Source: Terriglobia bacterium (GTDB lineage Bacteria; Acidobacteriota; Terriglobia; 20CM-2-55-15). From it: a stretch of 64,000 nucleotides of DNA. The notes beneath the pieces were generated by a model. It did not search any database. It was given only the letters and a program-made list of their open reading frames with translations, and was not told where the DNA came from. This document shows positions 1 to 8,755 of this stretch, piece by piece; within the stretch, counting starts at the first letter, position 1; every line of letters starts with the position of its first letter. The stretch lies in assembly GCA_963664115.2 (NCBI GenBank), contig CAXWPJ010000002.1, forward strand, positions 64,001-128,000, given 5' to 3'. Both the position numbers and the translations under genes were made by a program.

Positions 1-8
1 GTCACGCT

Positions 9-137
9 ATGCGGAAATACAGCAGAAGCGCCAAGACCGGGAGGTTCGTGACGGCGACGTACGCCAAGAAACATCCAGCTACGACCGTCACGGAAACCGG
101 GAAGACATCCAGTAAGAAACAGAAGAAGCGTCCCTGA
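9..137 (+). CDS. Small basic protein, 42 aa (RSAxTGRFVT..HPxTTVTE family); below the ORF-track size cutoff
   Basis: Hand translation ATG9-TGA137: MRKYSRSAKTGRFVTATYAKKHPATTVTETGKTSSKKQKKRP. Resembles a widespread uncharacterised ~40-aa microprotein motif. Upstream context is cut off by the window edge. Confidence 0.7.
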   Translation: MRKYSRSAKTGRFVTATYAKKHPATTVTETGKTSSKKQKKRP

Positions 138-182
138 CCGAGGGCGGCCCAACGGCGAGCCGATTGTATCGGACGTTTGGGG

Positions 183-367
183 GCCATACGCAGTGTGCGG
201 TCGTCATCCACGGCTGTTCACGCGTCGCCGACAACGGTTTCACCGTTGTACGCAACGTTTCAAGTTGATACGCAGCGTCTGTTCGTTCGTACGCACTGTG
301 CGCTCGCCGGAAACAGTCACGCACCGGTCGTGGACAAACAATAACGATCGAAAACAATGGAGAATTG
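183..367 (+). repeat. Array of ~9 degenerate 19-21-bp units upstream of the 229-aa gene
   Basis: Units: gccatacgcagtgtgcggtc / gtcatccacggctgttcacgc / gtcgccgacaacggtttcacc / gttgtacgcaacgtttcaa / gttgatacgcagcgtctgttc / gttcgtacgcactgtgcgctc / gccggaaacagtcacgcaccg / gtcgtggacaaacaataacg / atcgaaaacaatgg. Confidence 0.6.
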
Positions 368-371
368 AAAA

Positions 372-1061
372 ATGACAGGTTTTAACAAACGTATTTACGA
401 AATGCTGACGCGGGTCCTGGTGTTCTCGAAGACCTACCCGCATTTGTTCGCCGGTGCCTCGCGATCCGCAGGGTTAATCGACGAGATTGCCGCCGCTGGC
501 GGGAAGCTGTCGGCGGAGGGGATCTCGAAGGCTTCGGGCAAGCGCGACGCGAAGGCGTTGTCGCGCGCCCGGGCTGAGGCGCGGAAAAACTTGCGCGACC
601 AACTTGTGTCGATCAGCCGCACGGCTAAAGGCCTGAGGTTGAGTCAATTCTGGATGCCTCGCGACTCGAGCGACCGCGCCCTCATCGAGTTCGGTCACAT
701 TTTCTCGAAGAATGCCCAGCCCTTAAGTGAGGTGTTCGTAGAGAGCCATCTGGCACCGGATTTCATCGAGAAGCTGGACGCCGCCGTTCAGAATCTCGAT
801 GGAAGAATCCGGGACCAGGTCGTGGTCAAGGCGGCCCGGATCTCTGCCACGGCTGCCGCTCGCGAGGCACGCAACGAGGCGTTTGCCGCACTCCAGTCGC
901 TGGATCCCTTAATGGAGAACCTGTTGCAGGACGACTCACAGACGCTGGCGGTCTGGCAGAACGCGCGGCGGGTGGAACGCTCCGCATCCCGGAAACCCGC
1001 TGAGAGCGAGCCGCAGGCGGAGCCGGATGTGGAGGTAACCAGCACGGACGCGGCCGCCTAG
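372..1061 (+). CDS. Hypothetical alpha-helical protein, 229 aa
   Basis: Clean ORF with GGAG RBS at ~359. Ala/Leu/Arg-rich amphipathic helices and an acidic low-complexity tail. No recognised catalytic motif. Confidence 0.8.
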   Translation: MTGFNKRIYEMLTRVLVFSKTYPHLFAGASRSAGLIDEIAAAGGKLSAEGISKASGKRDAKALSRARAEARKNLRDQLVSISRTAKGLRLSQFWMPRDSSDRALIEFGHIFSKNAQPLSEVFVESHLAPDFIEKLDAAVQNLDGRIRDQVVVKAARISATAAAREARNEAFAALQSLDPLMENLLQDDSQTLAVWQNARRVERSASRKPAESEPQAEPDVEVTSTDAAA

Positions 1062-1086
1062 AGGTGCCGTGTCGGGACGGGGTGGA

Positions 1087-1270
1087 GTCTGAAACTGCAG
1101 TATGACGATTCCACCCCGCGTTTGATGCGAATCGGACTGTTTTCGATAGAGAAACGTTGTTTTTGATGGTGGAAGCGTGTGGATGAACGGAAGCAAGTTA
1201 ATTTTGACGTGGGTGGGTTCGTATCCGGCGAAAAAACATTGTTTCTGATGGTGTGACAATGCGTATGAAG
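1087..1270 (-). repeat. Array of ~9 degenerate 20/21-bp units downstream of the gene, inverted relative to the upstream array
   Basis: Minus-strand units: cttcatacgcattgtcacacc / atcagaaacaatgttttttc / gccggatacgaacccacccac / gtcaaaattaacttgcttcc / gttcatccacacgcttccacc / atcaaaaacaacgtttctct / atcgaaaacagtccgattcgc / atcaaacgcggggtggaatc / gtcatactgcagtttcagac. Confidence 0.6.
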
Positions 1271-1511
1271 GCACAACGGCCTGAGGTTGCCAGGAAAACA
1301 CTATTGAGGGTGAAGTAGCGACAAGCGGTCAGGCGCTTTGCCGTTTCTCCCGTGTCCAATCTCCTGCCGGCACTTTCTCTCTCATTCGATCCTCCTTCAG
1401 ATCATTCCGATCAGAAAAGTGCCGCTCAGTTTTTGAGCGGATTCTGTCCGAAATCCTCTGACGGGCTACAGACCGGAACATTACGTTTCCACTAAGTATA
1501 CGCAGGACAAA

Positions 1512-1598
1512 CGGAGAGGGTGGGATTCGAACCCACGGTGGAGTTACCCCCACACCGGTTTTCGAGACCGGCCTATTCAACCGCTCTAGCACCTCTCC
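1512..1598 (-). tRNA. tRNA-Ser(CGA)
   Basis: Reverse complement reads GGAGAGGTGCTAGAGCGGTTGAATAGGCCGGTCT-CGA-AAACCGG...GTGGGTTCGAATCCCACCCTCTCCG. Long variable arm, T-loop GTTCGAATC, no encoded CCA. Confidence 0.97.
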
Positions 1599-1617
1599 GA
1601 AGTTGATTCTAAACTAC

Positions 1618-1812
1618 TTATCGAAGCCGACTGCTTTCGCCATTTCCTCCAATGGGGAGAATTGCGGGGGCTCGGAATGATGTCCCCAGCGTTGGTAACT
1701 TTGCCACAGCGGCCCTCTTGTAGTCCAGCGGCAGGTGGGCGTAGCGCTCGGACATCCCGGCAGTCTTGTAGCCCATCAGCTCCATCCGACCCTTTTCGAC
1801 GACGCCGGACAT
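1618..1812 (-). pseudogene. C-terminal remnant of a tyrosine recombinase/phage integrase
   Basis: MELMGYKTAGMSERYAHL resembles the box-II LGH...T.RYAH motif with the catalytic Tyr. Sits beside a tRNA; the N-terminus is absent. Confidence 0.7.
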
Positions 1813-1868
1813 GGCCAGGCAGCTTCCGATTTCCCAGTATTGTTCATCTAATTCCGGCCCCTAAAGAT

Positions 1869-1897
1869 TTGACGTTATTTCGTCTATTTTGTACACT
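1869..1897 (+). promoter_or_regulatory. Sigma70 promoter for a leaderless toxin mRNA
   Basis: TTGACG-17 nt-TACACT, with ATG1904 following after 6 intervening nt and no SD. Confidence 0.7.
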
Positions 1898-1903
1898 TTG
1901 TTC

Positions 1904-2164
1904 ATGTCGTACACAGTACGCATCGACCGGGCAGCGGAGAAGGAAATCCGAAAACTGGACAGTAAGATCCGGACACGGATACTGGACGCGCTGCGCGACC
2001 TCGCAGCTGACCCACTGAGATTAGGTGTAAAGAAACTGACCCACTCGGACGAGTACTACCGTTACCGGGTCGGCGACCACCGAGTCCTCTTCACTATCAA
2101 TGGTAAGCAGTTGGTTGTTCGGGTGGTTGGAGTCCGGCATCGCAGTAAGGCCTACAAGGGCTGA
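1904..2164 (+). CDS. relE: Type II TA toxin, RelE/ParE family
   Basis: MSYTVRIDRAAEKEIRKLD...KKL...YRYRVGDHRVLF...VGVRHRSKAYK is a typical RelE pattern. Confidence 0.9.
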   Translation: MSYTVRIDRAAEKEIRKLDSKIRTRILDALRDLAADPLRLGVKKLTHSDEYYRYRVGDHRVLFTINGKQLVVRVVGVRHRSKAYKG

Positions 2165-2219
2165 GTTTACTGCAATGCGGGCTCCTGGTGCGCGTGGCGA
2201 TTAAAGGAGCTGAACTGGC

Positions 2220-2540
2220 ATGACAACACCTGAGATTACGAGGATCAGTACATCTAATGCCCGCGGCAATCTAGCGCTGGTCATAGATTCTATAAGAATG
2301 GACGATGAACGAATCATTCTCACACAGCATGGGAGGGATGTTGCGGCACTCATTCCCGTCGAAGATCTGACGCTACTGGAAGAACTCGAGGATCGAGCCG
2401 ACGTCGCGGAGATCCGTCGGCGAATTAAAGCGTCGAGCGGATCAATAACGCTGAATCAACTCGAGAAGGGACTAGGGGGAAAAGAGAAGAAACCCAAACT
2501 GGCACGGCGGTCACGACCGACTAAGATCGCCGCAAAGTGA
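2220..2540 (+). CDS. Type II TA antitoxin, Phd/YefM family
   Basis: ISTSNARGNLALVID...ERIILTQHGRDVAALIPVEDL is the Phd fold. AAGGAG RBS. Confidence 0.88.
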   Translation: MTTPEITRISTSNARGNLALVIDSIRMDDERIILTQHGRDVAALIPVEDLTLLEELEDRADVAEIRRRIKASSGSITLNQLEKGLGGKEKKPKLARRSRPTKIAAK

Positions 2541-2746
2541 CACGATCAAGCTGCGGGCTACGGAGCTTCCAGCGTCCCACTGACCACCTGCTTCGGCGAC
2601 CCCGTACTTGGCCGGGAAGGAATCCCCCAAGATGAAACTCCCGGCCGGGAAACCGGTTTGGCCTTCCCCCAACAGGCGATCCTTCTCAGCAGGGTTGCCT
2701 TCAACCGTCATTCAACAGCGGTATCGCAGGCCCAACGAAATTTGGG

Positions 2747-4441
2747 TTATAGACCCGCGATGCCCCCTGCCTCTACGCTCGCGACGGCGGGACGCAGTTC
2801 CTGTTCGATTTGGATGTTGTTCCGCTCCAGCGTGCGGCCGATGGCCCGATCGTAATTGACGATGGCCTTGGCGTAGTCCACCAACGCGCGGATTTCATTG
2901 GTTTGCGCTTGCGTCACGTTTTGCTGTTCGTCCAGGACGAAGCGAATCGCGGAGGCGCCCAGCATGAACTTTCGCTGTTCCGCATCCAGGCGCCGTTCGG
3001 CAAGTTCCCGGGCGATCTGGGCCGCATCAATACGCGCTCGGTTCATTTCGATCTGGTTAAACGCGTCCCTTACCTGGGTGGCGATCGCCTGTGCGGTGGC
3101 TGCGATGAGGGACTCGGTCTCTCTTTTCTGAACGGTCAGTCGCGCGACGTTGGCCTGTGCGGACTTGTTGCTGAGGGGGATCTCGAGAGAAAAGCCGACC
3201 GAGTAACCCGTAAAGTTGAATCCGAAAATATCGGAAAATGCCCCGCCAATGCCGCCGGGGATCTGTGTCACCGTGGCGCCACCAATTCCTGAACGGATGA
3301 AGGTGTTACCGCCGACGCCCGACTGAGTATAGGAGGCCGAGATGTCCAGTGACGGGAGCAGGGAGTTCTGGGCGAAGGCCAGGTTGACGTCGTTGTTCCG
3401 GATATCCAGTTCTGCCTGACGTATCTCTGGCCGGTTCAGCATAGCCAACGCAATCGCATTCGCAATGGGGACAATCTCATCGGTCCGGTTGCGGACGTCC
3501 TCAACCGGGTTCAGTGAAAGCAGAACGAGAGCCGGGTCCGGAACACGGCTGACCACGCGCTTGATGCTGTCTTCGATTCGGGTCCGGTTGTATCCGGCGA
3601 CCACGAGACTTTCGCGTCGTGTTGCGACGGCCGACTCTGCCTGCACGACCTCGATCGGTGCGAGCGTGCCGATTTCGACCTGCATTCTGTTGTCTCTCAG
3701 GGTCCGGTTCGCCAAATCCAGCGATGCCTGCTGCACACGGATGTCTTCCCGCGCGAATACGAGATCCCAGTAAAGGTTCGTTGTTTGGGCGACCAGGTCC
3801 ATCACCTGCTGCTCGAACTGGATTTCCGATATCTCGACGTTGTTCCGGGCGATCGTGATCTGGCTCGTATTGATCGCCCTTCCGAAGTTGCGGAGAAGTG
3901 GTTGGGTGAACTGATAGGTCACCTGCCCGTTGTATGCCGGGTTGACCGTGCTGAATTCGCTGTTGGTCGACAGGCGGTTCATCGCGAAGCGAACCTGATA
4001 GGACGAACCGTATTCAAGCAGGTGGTTGAAAGTGACGCCGTAGTTACCCGTGAGCCGCGTGTTCGTGAGGGCGCCGTCCAGCTGCGTCGACGATGCCGAG
4101 GTGTTCCGGTTCACCGTTCCCGAAAAAGTCAGCGTCGGATCGAAGCGCTGGTACGCCGCGGAGATCGCATACTCGGATATCGAAGGCGCAAAGCGATTTA
4201 CACCGATGTCCAGATTGTTCTCCAGCGCCATTCGAATCACGTCGTTTATGCGCAAGGGAACGCTGCCATCCTGAGCCAGTGCCATCAAGGACGCGGGAGG
4301 AACGCGGGATGTTTCGAGCGCCGTCAGACCCACCTGGGGGGGGCGATAGCGATCGAGGAAATCGCTCACCATGTTTTGTGCCTGGGCCGGAACCGCCCCA
4401 AGCAAGCCCCAAAGAGCCACGAATACCAAGTACTTCCTCAT
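2747..4441 (-). CDS. TolC-family outer membrane efflux protein
   Basis: Signal peptide, ALENNLDI motif, two OEP helical/beta repeats. Confidence 0.9.
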   Translation of the reverse strand: MRKYLVFVALWGLLGAVPAQAQNMVSDFLDRYRPPQVGLTALETSRVPPASLMALAQDGSVPLRINDVIRMALENNLDIGVNRFAPSISEYAISAAYQRFDPTLTFSGTVNRNTSASSTQLDGALTNTRLTGNYGVTFNHLLEYGSSYQVRFAMNRLSTNSEFSTVNPAYNGQVTYQFTQPLLRNFGRAINTSQITIARNNVEISEIQFEQQVMDLVAQTTNLYWDLVFAREDIRVQQASLDLANRTLRDNRMQVEIGTLAPIEVVQAESAVATRRESLVVAGYNRTRIEDSIKRVVSRVPDPALVLLSLNPVEDVRNRTDEIVPIANAIALAMLNRPEIRQAELDIRNNDVNLAFAQNSLLPSLDISASYTQSGVGGNTFIRSGIGGATVTQIPGGIGGAFSDIFGFNFTGYSVGFSLEIPLSNKSAQANVARLTVQKRETESLIAATAQAIATQVRDAFNQIEMNRARIDAAQIARELAERRLDAEQRKFMLGASAIRFVLDEQQNVTQAQTNEIRALVDYAKAIVNYDRAIGRTLERNNIQIEQELRPAVASVEAGGIAGL

Positions 4442-4688
4442 TGAGATCCTCCTGATAGAAAAACTTCGATCCTGGAACGCGGTCCCTCGAATCGGTTGAA
4501 CGGGTTCAACCTTATTATTTACGCTTTCTGAACATAAATCGTTACGTTTGAACAGTGCTCTACTGGGTAAGTTTACAGCGTTTTAACATGAATTCCATCA
4601 GAGCCCGAAGCCATCGTATGGCCTGATATCGTCGCTGCGCCACGGTGGAGACTTAGACGCGATCAGAGCGAAATGGCGGCGTACTCAA

Positions 4689-5168
4689 TCAAGAACGGAA
4701 GATTTCGCGTCGTTGTTCAAAAAAACTGCGCAGCAGTTGCCTGGATTCGGCTTCGCTGATGCCGGAAGTGACTTTGATTTGGTGATTCAGGCGCGGATCT
4801 GCGGGGACGTCATAAAGAGAGCCTGCGGCTCCCGACTTGGGATCCGTACAGGCATAGACCAGTCGATCGATGCGCGCGTGGTTCATTGCCCCGGCGCACA
4901 TAAGGCAGGGCTCCAGCGTGGAGTACAGCGTGCATCCCGTGAGACGGTAATTGCCCCGAGCTGCGGACGCTTCCCGAAGGGCCCGGATCTCGGCATGGGC
5001 CGTCGCATCATGCGTGCGTATCGACGCATTGGTCCCGCTACCGACGACCTTCCCCTCAAAGACGACTACAGCCCCGACCGGGATTTCGCCTATCTGTCCG
5101 GCCTCCCGGGCCAGTGCGATCGCGAGATCCATGAAATGGACATCATCAGTCTGATCGTCTTGTTCCAT
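4689..5168 (-). CDS. tadA: tRNA adenosine(34) deaminase
   Basis: GEIPVGAV, HAE and TLEPCLMCAGA zinc motifs; DPKSGAAGS. Confidence 0.95.
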   Translation of the reverse strand: MEQDDQTDDVHFMDLAIALAREAGQIGEIPVGAVVVFEGKVVGSGTNASIRTHDATAHAEIRALREASAARGNYRLTGCTLYSTLEPCLMCAGAMNHARIDRLVYACTDPKSGAAGSLYDVPADPRLNHQIKVTSGISEAESRQLLRSFFEQRREIFRS

Positions 5169-5200
5169 TGTGCTGGCCCTGGGCTGCTAAACTGTAAGCA

Positions 5201-6166
5201 ATGTTTCGCTTCTCAGCTCTAAGCGCTTTAAGCATATCAGTGCTGATGGGTCTGCCGACGCTCGCCATCGGGCAGGGAGTCCGCATGTCTCCCGACTTCC
5301 TGCCGCTGGATGTCGGAAACCGATGGGAATACGAAATTGTGGATCCCGAGGGGCGGACGCTCGATACCTTCGACATGGAAGTCAGCACCTACACGATTGT
5401 CGAAGGAACCAGTTACTACGTGTTCTCGAGTTTTCCATTCGTTGGAACGGGTGATCCCGTGGGCGTTCGCTACGATCGCGACCTGCGTCAGTACCTGCGC
5501 TTCGACGGAGAGCTGGAGGGTGATTTGTTTCCGGTGAGTCGTGTTTCGGTCGAAGTCATCGAAACCGACGCCAACGATTTGCCTCTCAAGGCACGCTTCG
5601 ATTTTGGAGACATCGTCATGGTTCTGGAGCGGAGCGTGGGCATCGTCGAGGGCGAATTCAATGGGGAAACGGGCACTCAAATCGTGAAGCTGGTGAGCGC
5701 GTTGATCGGAAACGAGGCGGTTGTGGGTGAGCCCGAGGTGCGGGCTCCGGGACCACGGATTCCAACAGCAGAGCCTACCGAAAACGTGGGCGAGGTTTCT
5801 GACTCCAGTTTGAGTACGCAGCTCGACGTCGTCGCGGAAGACGACGAACATCAATTCGTCTTCCGGGTGCAGAACATTTCGGAGCGCTTGCTTGCCTTTG
5901 ATTTCAATTCCAGCCAGAACTTTGATTTCGTAGTGATCGATCCCCGCCGGGGGGATGAGGTCTGGAGATGGTCCGAGAGCCGTATCTTTTCCGATGTGGT
6001 CCGTAGCGAGGGGCTTCAAGCAGGTTTAGAATGGAGGTTTGAAGCGGCCTGGAACCATCGCGACAAGGAAAGGAATGAAGTTATTCCGGGTGTCTATGAG
6101 GTCGTCGCAACCCTGGTTGCGGAGTCTCCGATTGAGTCCGAGCCCATCCAGATTGAAGTTAGGTGA
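5201..6166 (+). CDS. Secreted protein with a C-terminal BsuPI (proteinase inhibitor-like) domain
   Basis: Signal peptide. FDFNSSQNFDFVV...EVWRWSESRIF...WNHRD...PGVYEVVATL matches the BsuPI pattern. Confidence 0.7.
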   Translation: MFRFSALSALSISVLMGLPTLAIGQGVRMSPDFLPLDVGNRWEYEIVDPEGRTLDTFDMEVSTYTIVEGTSYYVFSSFPFVGTGDPVGVRYDRDLRQYLRFDGELEGDLFPVSRVSVEVIETDANDLPLKARFDFGDIVMVLERSVGIVEGEFNGETGTQIVKLVSALIGNEAVVGEPEVRAPGPRIPTAEPTENVGEVSDSSLSTQLDVVAEDDEHQFVFRVQNISERLLAFDFNSSQNFDFVVIDPRRGDEVWRWSESRIFSDVVRSEGLQAGLEWRFEAAWNHRDKERNEVIPGVYEVVATLVAESPIESEPIQIEVR

Positions 6167-6274
6167 CCCAGTCTTATGTCCGATGACCTGTCCCCTGGAT
6201 GTTCAGAAATCGGGGAATTGAGTAGTCTGACCCCATGTTTCCGCAGATAATCGGGACAACCTAATACGAGGAGA

Positions 6275-7837
6275 ATGACGATGTTCCCGACCACGCTTGT
6301 GTTTCGCCCGGTTCTCCTGTTTGTGTTGCTTGTCCTGTTGCTCACGCTCCCGATGTCGGCTCAGACACAAGAGCCCCTCGACCTGGACGCGATTTACAGA
6401 ATCAAGGACGAGGGCCTCAACCGATCCGAGGTCATGGAAATTGCGAGCTATCTGACCGATGTTTACGGTCCCCGTTTGACGGGTTCCCCCAACATTCGAA
6501 TGGCAGGGGACTACGCACGGAGCAAGTTGGTCGAGTGGGAACTGGTCGATGCCGCACTCGAGGAATGGGGTCCCTTTGGTCGCGGTTGGACCAACGATCG
6601 TTTCTCTGCGCACATGACGATCATGGGCCAGAGCTACCCGATGATCGGATATCCCAAGGCCTGGACCCCGGGTACCGAAGGTTCGGTTCAGGGCGTGGCC
6701 GTGATTGCGGTCATAGAAACTCCCGAGGATATCGAAGAATTCAGAGGGCAACTGGGCGGGAAGTATGTCCTGACAGAAACCATGCGCGCGGTGCCGGCGC
6801 TGTTTGAAGCCCCGGGACGGCGCTTCACCGATGAAGAACTGGAAACGCGGGCCCAACAGGCCGTGCGTGTTCGTAGGGGCGGGGGCAGAGGCCGCAACAA
6901 CCGCGAGTTTGCTCGAACTCGGATGGAGTTCTTTCTCGACGAAGGTGTCGCGGCCCTTCTGGAACCCGGAAACGGTTCCGGCGGGACTGTCTTCGTTCAA
7001 AGCGGCGGACGTTGGGAAGTGGATGCCGACCCCGTTGCACTGCAGGTCGAGCTTGCAGTGGAGCACTACGGCCGCATATACCGGACTCTTGAGAAGGACG
7101 TGGCGGTTACGCTGGAGATGGATGTCCGGAACACCTTTCACGACGATGACCTGAACGCGTTCAACGTGGTCGGAGAGATTCCCGGCACCGACAGGGCCGA
7201 CGAAATCGTTATGCTGGGAGCCCACTTTGATTCCTGGCACTCGGGAACGGGTGCCACCGATAACGCCGCAGGATCCGCGGTCATGATGGAAGCGGTCCGT
7301 ATCCTGAAGGCGGTTGGGCTGCCCATGCGTCGGACGGTGCGCATCGCACTGTGGACCGGAGAAGAGCACGGCTTTTTCGGTTCCCGTGCTTTTGTGGCCG
7401 AACACCTGGGGGACAGACAGACGATGCAGCTCAAGGCTGACCATTCTAAGTTCGCGGGTTACTTTAATGTAGACAATGGAACTGGATCAATACGAGGTAT
7501 TTATTCTCAGGGTAACGAGCGTGTTGAGCCCATATTTACGCGGTGGATCGAGCCCTTCGAGAGCCTGGGCATGACCACTTTCAGTATCCGATCCACTGGG
7601 GGTACCGACCACCTTGCGTTTGATGAGGTCGGCTTGCCCGGATTTCAATTCATCCAGGATCCGATTGAATACAACAGCCGCACCCACCATTCCAGCATGG
7701 ATGTCTACGAACGGATACAGGCTGAGGACTTGATGAAGAATGCCGTGATTGTCGCTGCGTTTGTTTACCATGCCGCGAACCGCGAGGAGCTTTTACCCCG
7801 CAAACCCCTGCCGGCACCGCGAGAACCGGAGGACTAG
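6275..7837 (+). CDS. M28-family secreted metallopeptidase (carboxypeptidase Q-like)
   Basis: GPRLTGS, GAHFDSW, GATDNAAG, WTGEE, NVDNG and THHSSMD motifs. Confidence 0.92.
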   Translation: MTMFPTTLVFRPVLLFVLLVLLLTLPMSAQTQEPLDLDAIYRIKDEGLNRSEVMEIASYLTDVYGPRLTGSPNIRMAGDYARSKLVEWELVDAALEEWGPFGRGWTNDRFSAHMTIMGQSYPMIGYPKAWTPGTEGSVQGVAVIAVIETPEDIEEFRGQLGGKYVLTETMRAVPALFEAPGRRFTDEELETRAQQAVRVRRGGGRGRNNREFARTRMEFFLDEGVAALLEPGNGSGGTVFVQSGGRWEVDADPVALQVELAVEHYGRIYRTLEKDVAVTLEMDVRNTFHDDDLNAFNVVGEIPGTDRADEIVMLGAHFDSWHSGTGATDNAAGSAVMMEAVRILKAVGLPMRRTVRIALWTGEEHGFFGSRAFVAEHLGDRQTMQLKADHSKFAGYFNVDNGTGSIRGIYSQGNERVEPIFTRWIEPFESLGMTTFSIRSTGGTDHLAFDEVGLPGFQFIQDPIEYNSRTHHSSMDVYERIQAEDLMKNAVIVAAFVYHAANREELLPRKPLPAPREPED

Positions 7838-7903
7838 TAATTGCGCACCTTGAGCGAAACGGGATAAGATTGTCCGTGAGTCTGGACGCCCTTTGGAGGC
7901 ACT

Positions 7904-8461
7904 ATGAGTGATGGAATCAAGTTAGGCCGTGCGTGTGAAGTCGTGGAGGTACCGGGAGGCCGGGCCGTCCAGTTGCCGGAGGGCACCCCCGTGTCGATTA
8001 CGCAGGCCCTGGGTGGCTCCTACACGTTGATGGTGCCTTCTTTGGGCGGTTTGTTCCGTCTGGCGGATCGCGATGCGGACGCGATTGGAAAAGAAGTTGT
8101 CGAAGAGCCGCCCGTTTCCGGTGAGTCGGGCGAAGCCCCATCCGGGGCCGACCTGAGGGACCAGGTTTGGGCACAGCTCAAGACCTGCTTCGATCCGGAG
8201 ATTCCAGTGAACATTGTTGACCTCGGTTTGATTTACGAACTCGAAGTGGGACCGCCCACCGCCGGCGGTTCGCGCGTCGACGTGAAGATGACCTTGACTG
8301 CCCAGGGATGCGGTATGGGCGATTCGATCGCGGCCGATGCCCGGCACAAGATCGAAGGACTTCCCGGTGTCGAAGTGGCCGATGTTCAGATCGTATGGGA
8401 GCCGGCCTGGACTCCCGAACGGATGACAGAAGAAGGAAAAACCCGGATGGGAATCAACTGA
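7904..8461 (+). CDS. sufT: Fe-S cluster assembly protein SufT (DUF59)
   Basis: ITQALGGSYT N-domain; DPEIPVNIVDLGLIY; MTLTAQGCGMG. Confidence 0.9.
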   Translation: MSDGIKLGRACEVVEVPGGRAVQLPEGTPVSITQALGGSYTLMVPSLGGLFRLADRDADAIGKEVVEEPPVSGESGEAPSGADLRDQVWAQLKTCFDPEIPVNIVDLGLIYELEVGPPTAGGSRVDVKMTLTAQGCGMGDSIAADARHKIEGLPGVEVADVQIVWEPAWTPERMTEEGKTRMGIN

Positions 8462-8488
8462 ACGATTCCGGTCCTGTTCAAGTCTACC

Positions 8489-8523
8489 GACAGGGGAGGG
8501 AGCCTCCCTCGCCTGTCCTTATT
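8489..8523 (+). terminator. Probable intrinsic terminator after sufT
   Basis: GACAGGGGAGGGA-GCC-TCCCTCGCCTGTC hairpin followed by CTTATT. Confidence 0.55.
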
Positions 8524-8755
8524 ACCAGTAACAGCCCGTGGTTCAAGTTGAAGCCGGCGATTATCCGTGTCGCCCACTCGGTGGGGCATGGGGCAGGAAA
8601 GCCGACTTCCAAGCCAACCGATGAAGCTCCCGATGTCCTGAGCTATCTGAAGCAGTCAGTAACCGGTCCCGGATAGAGTTTGTTGCGCGCGAGTCTGTCT
8701 TGATCGGCGCATGTGTGCATGATAGTTTCGCCGTTATATTGTTAAGGAGAAACAT

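Noticed and set aside
183-1270. CRISPR array interpretation of the periodic flanks
   Set aside because: Units are contiguous and highly degenerate, with no conserved repeat/unique spacer alternation and no cas genes in the window.
1329-1592. 87-aa ORF overlapping the tRNA
   Set aside because: It is a spurious translation of tRNA-Ser.
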